The translations under genes and the position numbers were made by a program. The notes under the pieces are model-generated. The model saw only the letters and a program-made list of their open reading frames with translations. It was not told the DNA's origin and searched no databases. 23,499 bases of DNA, from positions 1 to 23,499 of the forward strand of contig JBBIJB010000034.1 in NCBI GenBank assembly GCA_037446215.1, given 5' to 3'. Source of the DNA: Armatimonadota bacterium (GTDB taxonomy: Bacteria; Sysuimicrobiota; Sysuimicrobiia; Sysuimicrobiales; Humicultoraceae). This document shows positions 7,092-15,788 of this stretch, piece by piece. The stretch's first letter is position 1. The number at the start of each line of letters is the position of its first letter.

Positions 7092-7654
7092 GCGAACGGG
7101 ATGAGATGCGGGTGAAGGCCGCCGTGATGGACCCGGACGGTGTGCGGAGGGCGATCGTACGCATGGCTCACGAGATCCTGGAGCGCAACCGCTCGGCGAA
7201 GAGCCTGATTCTCATCGGCGTGCGCACGAGGGGCGAGTTCCTCGCCGCGAGGCTGGCAGGGGCGATAGAGTCGATCGAGGGTGAGCGGCCCCCGTGCTCG
7301 ACCATCGACGTCACGGAGTATCGGGATGACCGTGCAAAGGGCCAGCCCCCCGGGTCGAGCCCGGCCGGTCCACCACCCACCCTCGGGCGGCAGGTAGAGG
7401 GCCGCAACGTCGTCCTCGTGGACGACGTGCTGTTCACCGGTCGAACCGTTCGGGCCGCCATGGACGCTCTGGTGGACGCGGGAAGACCCGCGACCATCCA
7501 ACTCGCGGTGATGATCGACCGGGGCCATAGGGAGCTCCCCATACGGCCTGACTACGTCGGCAAGAACGTGCCCACCAGCGCCAGGGAGCGCATCGCGGTC
7601 CGCCTTGTCGAGGTGGACGGTAGGGACGAGGTCGTGATCGAGGAGCCGGCCTAG
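7088..7654 (+). CDS. pyrR: Bifunctional pyrimidine regulatory protein / uracil phosphoribosyltransferase
   Basis: RMAHEILERN, GVRTRG, YRDD, PRPP loop VVLVDDVLFTGRTVRAA, DRGHRELPIRPDYVGKN. GTG start in a GTGA overlap with the rluD stop; SD GGGGGGAG. Confidence 0.95.
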   Translation: MSERDEMRVKAAVMDPDGVRRAIVRMAHEILERNRSAKSLILIGVRTRGEFLAARLAGAIESIEGERPPCSTIDVTEYRDDRAKGQPPGSSPAGPPPTLGRQVEGRNVVLVDDVLFTGRTVRAAMDALVDAGRPATIQLAVMIDRGHRELPIRPDYVGKNVPTSARERIAVRLVEVDGRDEVVIEEPA

Positions 7655-9411
7655 TCGCTCCGCCTCTGGCCGGGCAGCCCCGGACGCACGTGGAGCGTCC
7701 GCTCACCGGTGTAGGTAACCTGGCCCGGCCTGCCTCCGCGTATCCTTCTTACGAACCTCCGGAGCGTCACGTCCACCGGGATCTTGGTCGAACCACGCCC
7801 GCCGCTGTAGTAGGCGGCGATGCGCGCGGCCGCCTCCACGACCGGGTCGTCTGCCCGTCTCCCCTTGGAGTGCGCGGCCTGGAGTATCACGTGCGCTCCC
7901 GGCATGCCGCGCGCGTGTAGCCACAGGTCGTCGGGTCCCGCCGCCCCGAACGTCACGTAGTCGTTCTCCCCCGCGCTGCGTCCTACCAGGACCGTCCAGC
8001 CGCCCGGCAGCCCGAAGGTCCGTCCGGTGCCGGAGGCGGGCGGCCGGGTAAGCGCTCTCCCGCGGCGGCGGTGCCCGGAGGCGACCAGGTCCTGCTCAGC
8101 CTCCCAGAGGTCGCCGGCGTCCTCCGCCTGCCCTATGGCGGTCTCCGCCGCGCCCAGGAAGGCACGCTCCGCCTCAAGGGCGGCCCGCCGCTTCGGGATC
8201 TGCCTCGTTGCGGACAGCGCCCTCGCATACCTGCGGAAGTAGGTCTGCGCGTTCTCGACGCCGGACAGCGAGGGGTCGAGCTCGATCCTGCGCGTGTGCC
8301 CGTCGAATCCCGGGACCTCGGCGGCCTCACTGCCGGGCCCTATTGAGGTCAGGTAGGCGAGGATCAGTTCCCCGGACTCGCGCAGCTTGTCCGCCTCCGC
8401 GGCCTTGCCGGCATCCAGGTCGATCGCCGACAGGGCGCGGTCTACCCGCCCGATCGCCCGGGCGACGTCCGACGCTAGAGAGCGCCGCGAGGCCTCCAAG
8501 CCCTCCGAGCGGATCCTTCGTGAGAAGACCGCCCGTAGGGCTGCGCTCATGGTCGAGGACTCCTCCCGCAATCCCTCGAAGCAGCGCAGCGGCATGGCGG
8601 AGAACGCCTCCGGCTCGCCGTCACGGTCGAGGTACAGCCGGGGTGAGAAGCGACCTTCGGTTACCTCGCCTCCGATCCTGCGCAGCGCTTCGGCCAGCGG
8701 TGCGGCGTCGGCTTCCCGCAACTCCCCGGACGGGTCTATCCCTGCCTCCAGGCACGCTTCCCATGCCAGCGACGGACCTATGCCGCCGACCCTCTCGAGA
8801 ACAGACCGCCAGGGAGGTAGGCCTCCCGGCCCGGCGAGGAGTCGTGCCGGAGTGACCTCGGTGGGCACGGGCCGGTTCATAGGAGGGTGGAGGTAGGGGT
8901 GCTGTGGCGCTACGATGCGACCGTCCGCCCCATCCAAGGCCTTCTGCCTCAGGGCTGCCACTATGACGCCCCGCGAGCACAGGATCATGTTGGAGTTGCG
9001 TCCCATGATCTCCAGGATGAGGTCGAGGGGGCCTTCAAGGGTGTCCAGGGTCAGGTACGCTATGCGCTCGAACGGGAGGGAGGAGAGGGATGAGAGCGCC
9101 GCCCCCTCCAGGCGGCTTCGCAGCACCAGGAAGAACGGAGGTGAGGCCTGGGGGCCGCCTTCCCTCCTGGCGTGTCCGGCGCTGCCGTACGCGAGCAGCC
9201 GGGCGAAGCGCCGGTCGGCCGAGGCGAGCAGTACCCTGGGGCCGCGCCTGGTGCGAAGCACCAGCTCGAGCTCGGCCGTCCCCACCCACAGGAGGCGCTG
9301 CACGCGGGCACCGACGAGGTCCTGGCACTCCTCCACGACCGCCGAGAGGATCACGCTGTCGTAGGTGGCCTGCGGCGACTGCTGCCCGATGCGCCCTGGT
9401 TTGGGGGTCAT
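7651..9411 (-). CDS. rqcH: Ribosome quality control NFACT protein RqcH (FbpA/YloA family)
   Basis: NFACT-N motifs (FERI, LEIMGRNSNMIL); HhH GIGPSLAWE; coiled coil; LDPSLSGVENAQTYFRRY; NFACT-R VGRSAGEND...DLWLHARGMPGAHVIL...VDVT...PGQVTY. Divergent from yloC, as yloA is in Bacillus. Start ATG 9411 (alternative 9432). Confidence 0.9.
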   Translation of the reverse strand: MTPKPGRIGQQSPQATYDSVILSAVVEECQDLVGARVQRLLWVGTAELELVLRTRRGPRVLLASADRRFARLLAYGSAGHARREGGPQASPPFFLVLRSRLEGAALSSLSSLPFERIAYLTLDTLEGPLDLILEIMGRNSNMILCSRGVIVAALRQKALDGADGRIVAPQHPYLHPPMNRPVPTEVTPARLLAGPGGLPPWRSVLERVGGIGPSLAWEACLEAGIDPSGELREADAAPLAEALRRIGGEVTEGRFSPRLYLDRDGEPEAFSAMPLRCFEGLREESSTMSAALRAVFSRRIRSEGLEASRRSLASDVARAIGRVDRALSAIDLDAGKAAEADKLRESGELILAYLTSIGPGSEAAEVPGFDGHTRRIELDPSLSGVENAQTYFRRYARALSATRQIPKRRAALEAERAFLGAAETAIGQAEDAGDLWEAEQDLVASGHRRRGRALTRPPASGTGRTFGLPGGWTVLVGRSAGENDYVTFGAAGPDDLWLHARGMPGAHVILQAAHSKGRRADDPVVEAAARIAAYYSGGRGSTKIPVDVTLRRFVRRIRGGRPGQVTYTGERTLHVRPGLPGQRRSD

Positions 9412-9468
9412 GCCGCAGCCACGATACGACACGCAGGCCTCTCCCGCAACACCCGAGGCCGCGGTTAG

Positions 9469-9498
9469 TGCAGGAACGCCCTTGCGCAGGGCAGAAGT
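9469..9498 (+). promoter_or_regulatory. Putative alternative-sigma (sigma-H-like) promoter for yicC-remA-cmk
   Basis: TGCAGGAACG...GCAGAAGT, with 18 nt between AGGA and GAA; ends 8 nt before the GTG start. Confidence 0.5.
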
Positions 9499-9506
9499 GA
9501 ACGCCC

Positions 9507-10388
9507 GTGATCCGCAGCATGACAGGGTTCGGGTCGGGTGCAGCCGACACCCCGTGCGGGCGCGTGACCGTCGAGGCGCGCTCGGTGAACCACCGCTTCG
9601 CCGAGATCGGCGTGCGCCTTCCCAGGGAGTTTGCCGGCTTCGAGGACCGCGTCAGGGTGCTCTTCCAGGAGCGTGTCCGGCGGGGTCGGGTCGACGTGGC
9701 CGTCGTGAAGGCCGATCCTGGGCGTCGGCCGAGAACCGTGCGGCTCGACGGTGATCTCGCAGCGGCCTACGTCCAGGCGCTGAGGGAGCTGTCCGGGGTA
9801 GTGGGCGCGACCGGGGAGATCAGCCTGGAGCAGGTGGCATCCCTTCCGGACGTCCTGCGCATCGAGGAGGACCGGGCCGAGGCCGAGTCGTGCTGGCCGG
9901 CGCTCGAGGAGGCCGCGCGCGCCGCGGCGGACGGGCTCCTCCGGATGCGTTCTGCCGAGGGTGCACGGCTGGCGACGGACATGCAGGCCAGGATCGCCTC
10001 GATCGAGCAGATGACGGCTGTAGTGGCCTCCCGCGGGCGGGACGTGGTCCGCGGCTATGGTGAGCGTCTCCGCGCCAGGGTGGAGGAGCTGCTGGGCGAG
10101 ACGCCGCTGGATGAGGGGAGGCTTGCCGCGGAGCTTGCCGTCTTCGCGGAGCGGTGCGACGTCAGCGAGGAGCTGACCCGCCTCCGCAGCCACCTCGTGG
10201 AGATCCGCCAGACGGTCGAGGGGGCTGACGGCGCGGTGGGCCGAAAGCTCGAGTTCATCGTCCAGGAGATGTTCCGCGAGGTCAACACGATCGGATCGAA
10301 GGCGAACGATCTCGATGTCACGCGGGCCACGATTGCCATGAAGAGCGAGTTGGAGAGCCTGCGCGAGCAGATACAGAACATCGAGTAG
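9507..10388 (+). CDS. yicC: YicC/YloC family endoribonuclease
   Basis: [65 protein letters not shown]. Confidence 0.95.
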   Translation: MIRSMTGFGSGAADTPCGRVTVEARSVNHRFAEIGVRLPREFAGFEDRVRVLFQERVRRGRVDVAVVKADPGRRPRTVRLDGDLAAAYVQALRELSGVVGATGEISLEQVASLPDVLRIEEDRAEAESCWPALEEAARAAADGLLRMRSAEGARLATDMQARIASIEQMTAVVASRGRDVVRGYGERLRARVEELLGETPLDEGRLAAELAVFAERCDVSEELTRLRSHLVEIRQTVEGADGAVGRKLEFIVQEMFREVNTIGSKANDLDVTRATIAMKSELESLREQIQNIE

Positions 10389-10417
10389 ATCGAACGGACG
10401 GAGCCGGGAGCCCCAGC

Positions 10418-10684
10418 ATGGACACTCGCTTGATAAACATCGGCCACGGGAACATCCTGGCGGCCAACAGGATCGTCGCAATAATCAGCCCGGACTCGGC
10501 GCCGGTCAAGCGGATCATGCAGGAGGCCCGGGAGCGCGGGGCGCTGATCGATGCCACCTACGGGCGGCGCACGCGGGCGGTGATCATAGCCGACAGCGGC
10601 CACGTAGTGCTCTCCGCGGTCCAGCCGGAGACGCTGGCCCACCGGTACGCCGTGCGCGAGTCGAGCGAGGACTCCGGGGAGTGA
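10418..10684 (+). CDS. remA: RemA (DUF370/YlzA) family regulator
   Basis: [25 protein letters not shown]...[30 protein letters not shown]; follows yloC as in Firmicutes. Confidence 0.93.
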   Translation: MDTRLINIGHGNILAANRIVAIISPDSAPVKRIMQEARERGALIDATYGRRTRAVIIADSGHVVLSAVQPETLAHRYAVRESSEDSGE

Positions 10685-11250
10685 GCGGCGGGCCGTCTGA
10701 GGGGCCGCCCGCGGTCACGATAGCGATTAGCGGGCCCATCGGCGTCGGCAAGAGCACGATCGCGCAAGGGCTGGCAAGGGCGCTGGGCCTCGAGTGCATC
10801 TCCGCTGGCAGCGTGTTTCGCGAGATCGCACGGAGGCGCGGCATATCGCTCGTCGATGTCAACAGGCTGGCCGAGAGCGACCCCGCGATAGACCGTGACC
10901 TCGATCGGCTTCAGGCTGAGCAGGCGCGCGCGGGCCCGTGCGTGGTGGAGTCGCGGCTGGCAGGCTGGATGGTGGAGGCGGACCTGCGGGTCTGGCTCGA
11001 TGCCTCGGTCGAGGTCAGGGCGGCACGCGCTGCGGCCCGAGACGGAACCGGCGTCGAGGAGGCCCGCCGGGAACTCCTCGCGCGAGAGGGCAGCGAGTGG
11101 TCCCGTTACAGGTCCCTCTACGGGATCGACATCACCGACAGGAAGCCGTTCCACGTGGTGATAGATACCAGCCGGTGGGACGCGGACGCGATCGTGGAAG
11201 CGCTGGCCGCCCTGGTTCGGCGCATGCGCCCCGCCGATCAGGCACGCTAA
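10681..11250 (+). CDS. cmk: Cytidylate kinase, archaeal type (COG1102-like)
   Basis: P-loop [64 protein letters not shown]. Lacks the guanylate kinase SxTTRxxR motif. Confidence 0.82.
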   Translation: MSGGPSEGPPAVTIAISGPIGVGKSTIAQGLARALGLECISAGSVFREIARRRGISLVDVNRLAESDPAIDRDLDRLQAEQARAGPCVVESRLAGWMVEADLRVWLDASVEVRAARAAARDGTGVEEARRELLAREGSEWSRYRSLYGIDITDRKPFHVVIDTSRWDADAIVEALAALVRRMRPADQAR

Positions 11251-11284
11251 TCCGGCGGGCTGGCCGGCCCCGGTCCCTCCCCGG

Positions 11285-13435
11285 ATGCACGCTATACTCC
11301 CCATCCAGGTAGCCCTCGACCTTCCGCTGCGAGCCGGCGACGAGGCTTTTACCTTCGGCGCGCCCGGGGCCGAGACCATCCCACGCGGGTCCGGCGTGGT
11401 AGTGCCGTTCGGCCGCAGGCTGCTGCCGGGGATAGTCCTGGGCGAGGGCACCCGGCGGGAAGACCTGCGGTCGGTTCTCGCGCTGGTCGCGGGCGGGCCG
11501 CTCGTCCCTGAGCCGGTGCTGGATCTGGCCCTTTGGACGGCGCGGGAATACCTCTCATCCGCAGGCGAGGCGTTGGCCGCGGCCCTACCATGGGAGGCGC
11601 TCTGGGCCGGGCTGAGGGTGGGGTGCGAGGGCGACCTCCCCAATGGGCTACCCGGGGAGGCCGCCGCGGCCCTGGAGGGCCTCAGGCGCAGGCCGGCCTC
11701 GCTCACGCGGGCCGGACGACTGCTCCTGCCCGCTACCGACGCTATCGCACACGCCCCCGGAGCCCCTTGCCTGACCGCCCGGCTGGCTTCTGCCCAGGGG
11801 CCCGAACCGTGCCCGACCGGCTTCGCGCCGGGCTCCGGCCCCGCGTTGGCGGAAGCGCCCTGCCCGGAAGCCCGGCCACCGGTCGCCGACGGGACGCCGG
11901 CACCGCCCCCGCGCCTGGACGAGGCGGTGGTCGAAGCCCTGGCCGGCGGGCCGCGCGCCATCCTGGTAGCGGGATGGCGACGCATGCCCGCCTATGCCGC
12001 CGCGATCCGCAGGGCCCTTGGTGCAGGGTTGCCGGCGGTGGCCGCGTTCGGCAGCCTGGAGGCGGCGGCCCGGTTCTTCAGGGAGGCCCAGGAGGCCGGC
12101 CTTCCCGCGGTCTTGCTCCATGGCGAGCTGGAGGGCTCTGAGCGGCTTGCGGCATGGCGCAGGCTGCGGGGGCGTAGAGACATCCTGGTCGTGGGTACCC
12201 GCAGCGTGGTTTTCGCACCATTGGCAGATCCGGCCCTGGTGATCGTGGATGACTACGACGGTAGCGGCCACAAGGAGGAGAGGTCGCCGCGCTACCTGAC
12301 CGGCTCCGTGGCCGCGCGCAGGGTGAAGGCCTCAGGGGTCGCCGTCCTCGGCTCCGCGACCCCAACCACCGCGTCGTACCACGCGGTCCGCCGCGGCGAG
12401 CTCCGCCTGATCACGGTCGCCTCACCCAGACCCCGCATCGGCGTGATAGATTTGCGGGGCCGTTCCCGAACCGCTGAGCCGCTGAGCCGGCCGCTGCTCC
12501 ATGAGGTAAGGAGGGTCGTCAGGGCGGGAGGGCGAGCAGTCCTCATCGCCGACCGCAAGGGCTACGCCGGCGGGCTGCTGTGCGGGGAGTGCGGCGCGGT
12601 CGAGCGCTGCGCCCGCTGCGGCGTCGCGCTTCCGTACGATCGCGCCGGGCGCCGGCTGTGGTGCCGCATCTGCGGCGCTGCGAGGGGAGCGCCAGAGGCC
12701 TGCACGGCGTGCGGAGCGCCCAGGCTCCTGCCCATCGGCGCAGGCACGGAGAGGCTGGCCGCACACCTGCGTCGCTACATCAATCAGGTCCGCGTCTTCG
12801 ACGCGGGCCCCGCCGGCACGCCCCGGGCGGCCGAGCTCCTGGTTCGGTTGCGGTCAGCTGGAGGGGCCGTAGTGGCGACGACCGCCCTGCTGCCCTACCT
12901 GGAGGAGCTGGCACCGGGAGTGGTGGGCTTCGCCTCGGCCGACCGGCTGCTTCACCGCCCGGAGTTCAGGGCGAGCGAGCGCGCGCTCGCCCTCCTTCGC
13001 TCCGTCGGCATGGCCGCCCGTGCGCCGGTGCTGGTCGAGACCGCCGATCCGGAGAACCCCGCGCTGAGGGCGGCCGCGGGCCAAGGGCTGCGCCAGTTCT
13101 ACGAGGGCGAGATCGCACGCAGGTCGGCGCTCGGATACCCACCCTTCTGCACCCTCGTCGCCGTCACCGTCACCGGGCGCTCCCTGGCGGCCGCGGACGC
13201 CGTCGGTCGGAGGATCGTCGGGGCCGCAGCCTCCCGGGCAGTAGAGGCGCTCGGACCCGTCCAGGCGCCCCCTGCCGCGCACCGGGGGGAGCCGGCGCGG
13301 GCCGCACGGCTGGCCCTCATGCTCAAGTGCCCGGATCGAGCATCTGCGCGCGCCCTGCTCTGGCCCTATCTGACAGGAGCCGGCATGCCCCGCGGAGTCG
13401 GGGTGAGCGCGGACGTCGATCCCCACTCGGGCTAG
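11285..13435 (+). CDS. priA: Primosomal protein N' (PriA), degenerate helicase motifs
   Basis: N-terminal 3'-binding domain (VALDLPL...FTF...VVVPFGRRLLPGIV); VVGTRSVVFAPL; SPRY; GSATP; RKGYA followed by four CxxC pairs; GAGTER; LGYPPF; C-terminal DVDP. Lies upstream of def-fmt. Confidence 0.88.
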   Translation: MHAILPIQVALDLPLRAGDEAFTFGAPGAETIPRGSGVVVPFGRRLLPGIVLGEGTRREDLRSVLALVAGGPLVPEPVLDLALWTAREYLSSAGEALAAALPWEALWAGLRVGCEGDLPNGLPGEAAAALEGLRRRPASLTRAGRLLLPATDAIAHAPGAPCLTARLASAQGPEPCPTGFAPGSGPALAEAPCPEARPPVADGTPAPPPRLDEAVVEALAGGPRAILVAGWRRMPAYAAAIRRALGAGLPAVAAFGSLEAAARFFREAQEAGLPAVLLHGELEGSERLAAWRRLRGRRDILVVGTRSVVFAPLADPALVIVDDYDGSGHKEERSPRYLTGSVAARRVKASGVAVLGSATPTTASYHAVRRGELRLITVASPRPRIGVIDLRGRSRTAEPLSRPLLHEVRRVVRAGGRAVLIADRKGYAGGLLCGECGAVERCARCGVALPYDRAGRRLWCRICGAARGAPEACTACGAPRLLPIGAGTERLAAHLRRYINQVRVFDAGPAGTPRAAELLVRLRSAGGAVVATTALLPYLEELAPGVVGFASADRLLHRPEFRASERALALLRSVGMAARAPVLVETADPENPALRAAAGQGLRQFYEGEIARRSALGYPPFCTLVAVTVTGRSLAAADAVGRRIVGAAASRAVEALGPVQAPPAAHRGEPARAARLALMLKCPDRASARALLWPYLTGAGMPRGVGVSADVDPHSG

Positions 13436-13446
13436 CGCCGGCCTCG

Positions 13447-13476
13447 TTGAACGGGCTGTCTGGCACGTGCTATCCT
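13447..13476 (+). promoter_or_regulatory. Putative sigma-70/A promoter for def-fmt
   Basis: TTGAAC (13447-13452), 18-nt spacer, extended -10 TGcTATCCT (13468-13476). Confidence 0.55.
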
Positions 13477-13485
13477 TAGGTAGTC

Positions 13486-14010
13486 ATGGCAACCGCGCTC
13501 GCCACCGAGATCGTCACCGTCGACGGCCAGAGGGCCTCTGTGCTGCGCCGACGCGCGCGGCCTGTCGGCAGGGTCACGCGTGAGATCCAGGGGTTGATCG
13601 ACAGGATGGTCGCCACTATGCACGAGGCTCGCGGGATGGGGCTGGCCGCTCCCCAGATAGGCGAGGGAGTGCGGGTAGTCGTGGCCGAAGTGGAGGAGCG
13701 CACCATCGCCCTGGTAGATCCCGAGGTCGTACACGCCGAGGGCGAGGAGTCCGCGATCGAGGCGTGTCTGTCGGTTCCAGGCGTCATCGGAGAGGTGCCG
13801 AGGGCCACGAAGCTCGTGGTGCGAGGGTACAGCCGCCGTGGGCGCAGGGTAACGGTGCGGGCCGAGGGGCTGCTCGCCCGCGTGCTTCAGCACGAGCTCG
13901 ACCACATCGACGGGGTCCTGTTCCTGGACAGAGTCCGTGACCTCTCAACCGTGAGGCACGTCGGCGAAGACGACGTCGAGTACGCCCAGGCCGCTCCGGC
14001 CACGGAGTGA
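13486..14010 (+). CDS. def: Peptide deformylase
   Basis: GMGLAAPQIG, EACLS and QHELDHIDG motifs; upstream of fmt. Confidence 0.95.
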   Translation: MATALATEIVTVDGQRASVLRRRARPVGRVTREIQGLIDRMVATMHEARGMGLAAPQIGEGVRVVVAEVEERTIALVDPEVVHAEGEESAIEACLSVPGVIGEVPRATKLVVRGYSRRGRRVTVRAEGLLARVLQHELDHIDGVLFLDRVRDLSTVRHVGEDDVEYAQAAPATE

Positions 14011-14041
14011 GCGGGCTGACGGCCGCCCCTCCATCCCACGG

Positions 14042-15004
14042 ATGAGCCGGCCAGAGGCCGCGGGGCTCCGGGTGCTCTTCCTTGGGACTCCCGGCTTCGC
14101 ACTGCCGTCGCTGCGCGCGCTCAGCGCGCTCTCCCCGGGTGTACGGATCGTCGGGGTCGTGACGCAGCCTGACAGGCCGGCGGGCCGCGGACGGAGGCTC
14201 ACGCCTCCACCGGTTGCGGAGGCGGCGCGCGACATGGGCCTGCGGCTGCTGCAGCCCGAGAGCCTGCGCGACGAGGCAGTACTGCGAGAGCTGGCCTCAA
14301 TGGCACCCGATCTTCTGGCGGTTGTCGCATACGGCCGCCTGGTGCCACCGGCTCTGCTCCGCCTCCCGAGGCTCGGTTCGATCAACCTCCATCCCTCGCT
14401 GCTTCCCGCGTACCGAGGGGCAGCGCCGATCCAGAGAGCGATAGCCGCGGGTGAGGTCAGGACGGGCGTGACGGTGATGTACCTGAGCGAGGAACTCGAC
14501 GCGGGCGACATCATACTCCAGGGCGAGGTCGAGATCTCTCCCGAGGAGAGCGCGGGCGAGCTCGAGCTCCGGCTGGCCGACCTGGGCGCGGCGCTGATGG
14601 GAGAGGCGGTGGGGCTCATCGCCGCCGGGAAGGCTCCGAGGCGCCCACAGGAGCACTCCCTGGCCACCTACGCGCCCAAGCTGACGAAGCAGGACGGGGA
14701 GCTCCGCTGGGAGCGCCACGCCGGTGACCTCGTCAACCTGGTCAGGGCTGCCAACCCCCGGCCCGGCGCCTACACGACATGGAAGGGTGGCGTGCTCAAG
14801 GTCTGGCGAGCCCGCCTCTGGGAGGAGAGGGAAGGCTATGCGCCTCCCGGCACGGTGCTCTCTGTGTCGGAGGGCGGGATAGGCGTGGCCGCGGGCAGCG
14901 GTACAGTGCTCCTTACCGAGGTCCAGGCCGAGGGTGGAAGACGGATGGCTGCCGCCGAGTTCCGGAGGGGCCACCCCATCCTGGCCGGGGAGATGCTGGG
15001 GTAG
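14042..15004 (+). CDS. fmt: Methionyl-tRNA formyltransferase
   Basis: FLGTPGFA, VVTQPDRPAGRG, VVAYG, INLHPSLLPAYRGAAPIQ, LDAGDI, TYAPKL, PRPGAY. Confidence 0.96.
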   Translation: MSRPEAAGLRVLFLGTPGFALPSLRALSALSPGVRIVGVVTQPDRPAGRGRRLTPPPVAEAARDMGLRLLQPESLRDEAVLRELASMAPDLLAVVAYGRLVPPALLRLPRLGSINLHPSLLPAYRGAAPIQRAIAAGEVRTGVTVMYLSEELDAGDIILQGEVEISPEESAGELELRLADLGAALMGEAVGLIAAGKAPRRPQEHSLATYAPKLTKQDGELRWERHAGDLVNLVRAANPRPGAYTTWKGGVLKVWRARLWEEREGYAPPGTVLSVSEGGIGVAAGSGTVLLTEVQAEGGRRMAAAEFRRGHPILAGEMLG

Positions 15005-15104
15005 GAATATCTGGTCTGGGGGGCCGCGTCCTGGTAGAGTGTGAACTGCCCTGGCGCGGGCAGGCAGTCAGAGGCCCCGCAGGACCTCTTGAGGGGGTAG
15101 GTGG

Positions 15105-15788
15105 ATGTTCTTCGGAGACCCAACATTCCTGATGCTGCTTCCGGCGATCGCGCTCGCGATGGTCGCAAGCCTGCGGGTGAAAGGTACCTTCGCGCGCTAC
15201 AGCCAGATCCCGACCGCGGCCGGCCGCACTGGCGCGGAGGTGGCGGCGCTGCTGCTGGAGCGCCGGGGTGTGCGCGGGGTCAAGATCGAGCCGGTCGCGG
15301 GAATGCTGGCGGACCACTACGATCCCCGCACCAGGACCCTGCGCCTCTCGCCAGAGGTCTACGGCAGCACCTCCGTGGCCGCGGTGGGCGTTGCCGCGCA
15401 CGAGTGCGGCCACGCGATACAACACCACGAGCGCTATGCTCCTCTCGTCGTCAGGTCGGCCATCGTGCCGGTCGCGACCATAGGGACAAACGCTGCCTGG
15501 ATCCTGTTCATGATCGGCCTGTTCGCGAGCATACGCCCGCTGATGGATCTAGGGATCATCCTGTTCCTGGGCTACGTCGCCTTCTCCCTCGTCACCCTTC
15601 CAGTCGAGTTCGACGCCAGCAGGCGCGCCGTGGCAGTGCTTCAGGGCGAGGGCCTGGTGATGCCGCGCGAGGCGGACGGAGCGAAGGCCGTCCTCAACGC
15701 AGCAGCGATGACCTACGTCGCAGCCGCCGCCATGGCGGTGGTTCAGCTGGCACGCCTGGTGCTGCTACGCAACATGCGTGAGGACTGA
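15105..15788 (+). CDS. Membrane-associated neutral zinc metallopeptidase (YugP/COG2738-like)
   Basis: TGAEVA, LADHYDPR, HExxH motif AAHECGHAIQH, VTLPVEFDASRRA, VLNAAAMTYVA, hydrophobic segments. Confidence 0.88.
   Translation: MFFGDPTFLMLLPAIALAMVASLRVKGTFARYSQIPTAAGRTGAEVAALLLERRGVRGVKIEPVAGMLADHYDPRTRTLRLSPEVYGSTSVAAVGVAAHECGHAIQHHERYAPLVVRSAIVPVATIGTNAAWILFMIGLFASIRPLMDLGIILFLGYVAFSLVTLPVEFDASRRAVAVLQGEGLVMPREADGAKAVLNAAAMTYVAAAAMAVVQLARLVLLRNMRED

Noticed and set aside
10681..11250. Calling this gene gmk from synteny
   Set aside because: It lacks guanylate kinase motifs and matches archaeal-type Cmk motifs.
11285..13435. priA as a pseudogene or frameshifted gene
   Set aside because: One uninterrupted 716-aa frame with PriA motifs from N- to C-terminus; only ATPase residues are selectively lost.
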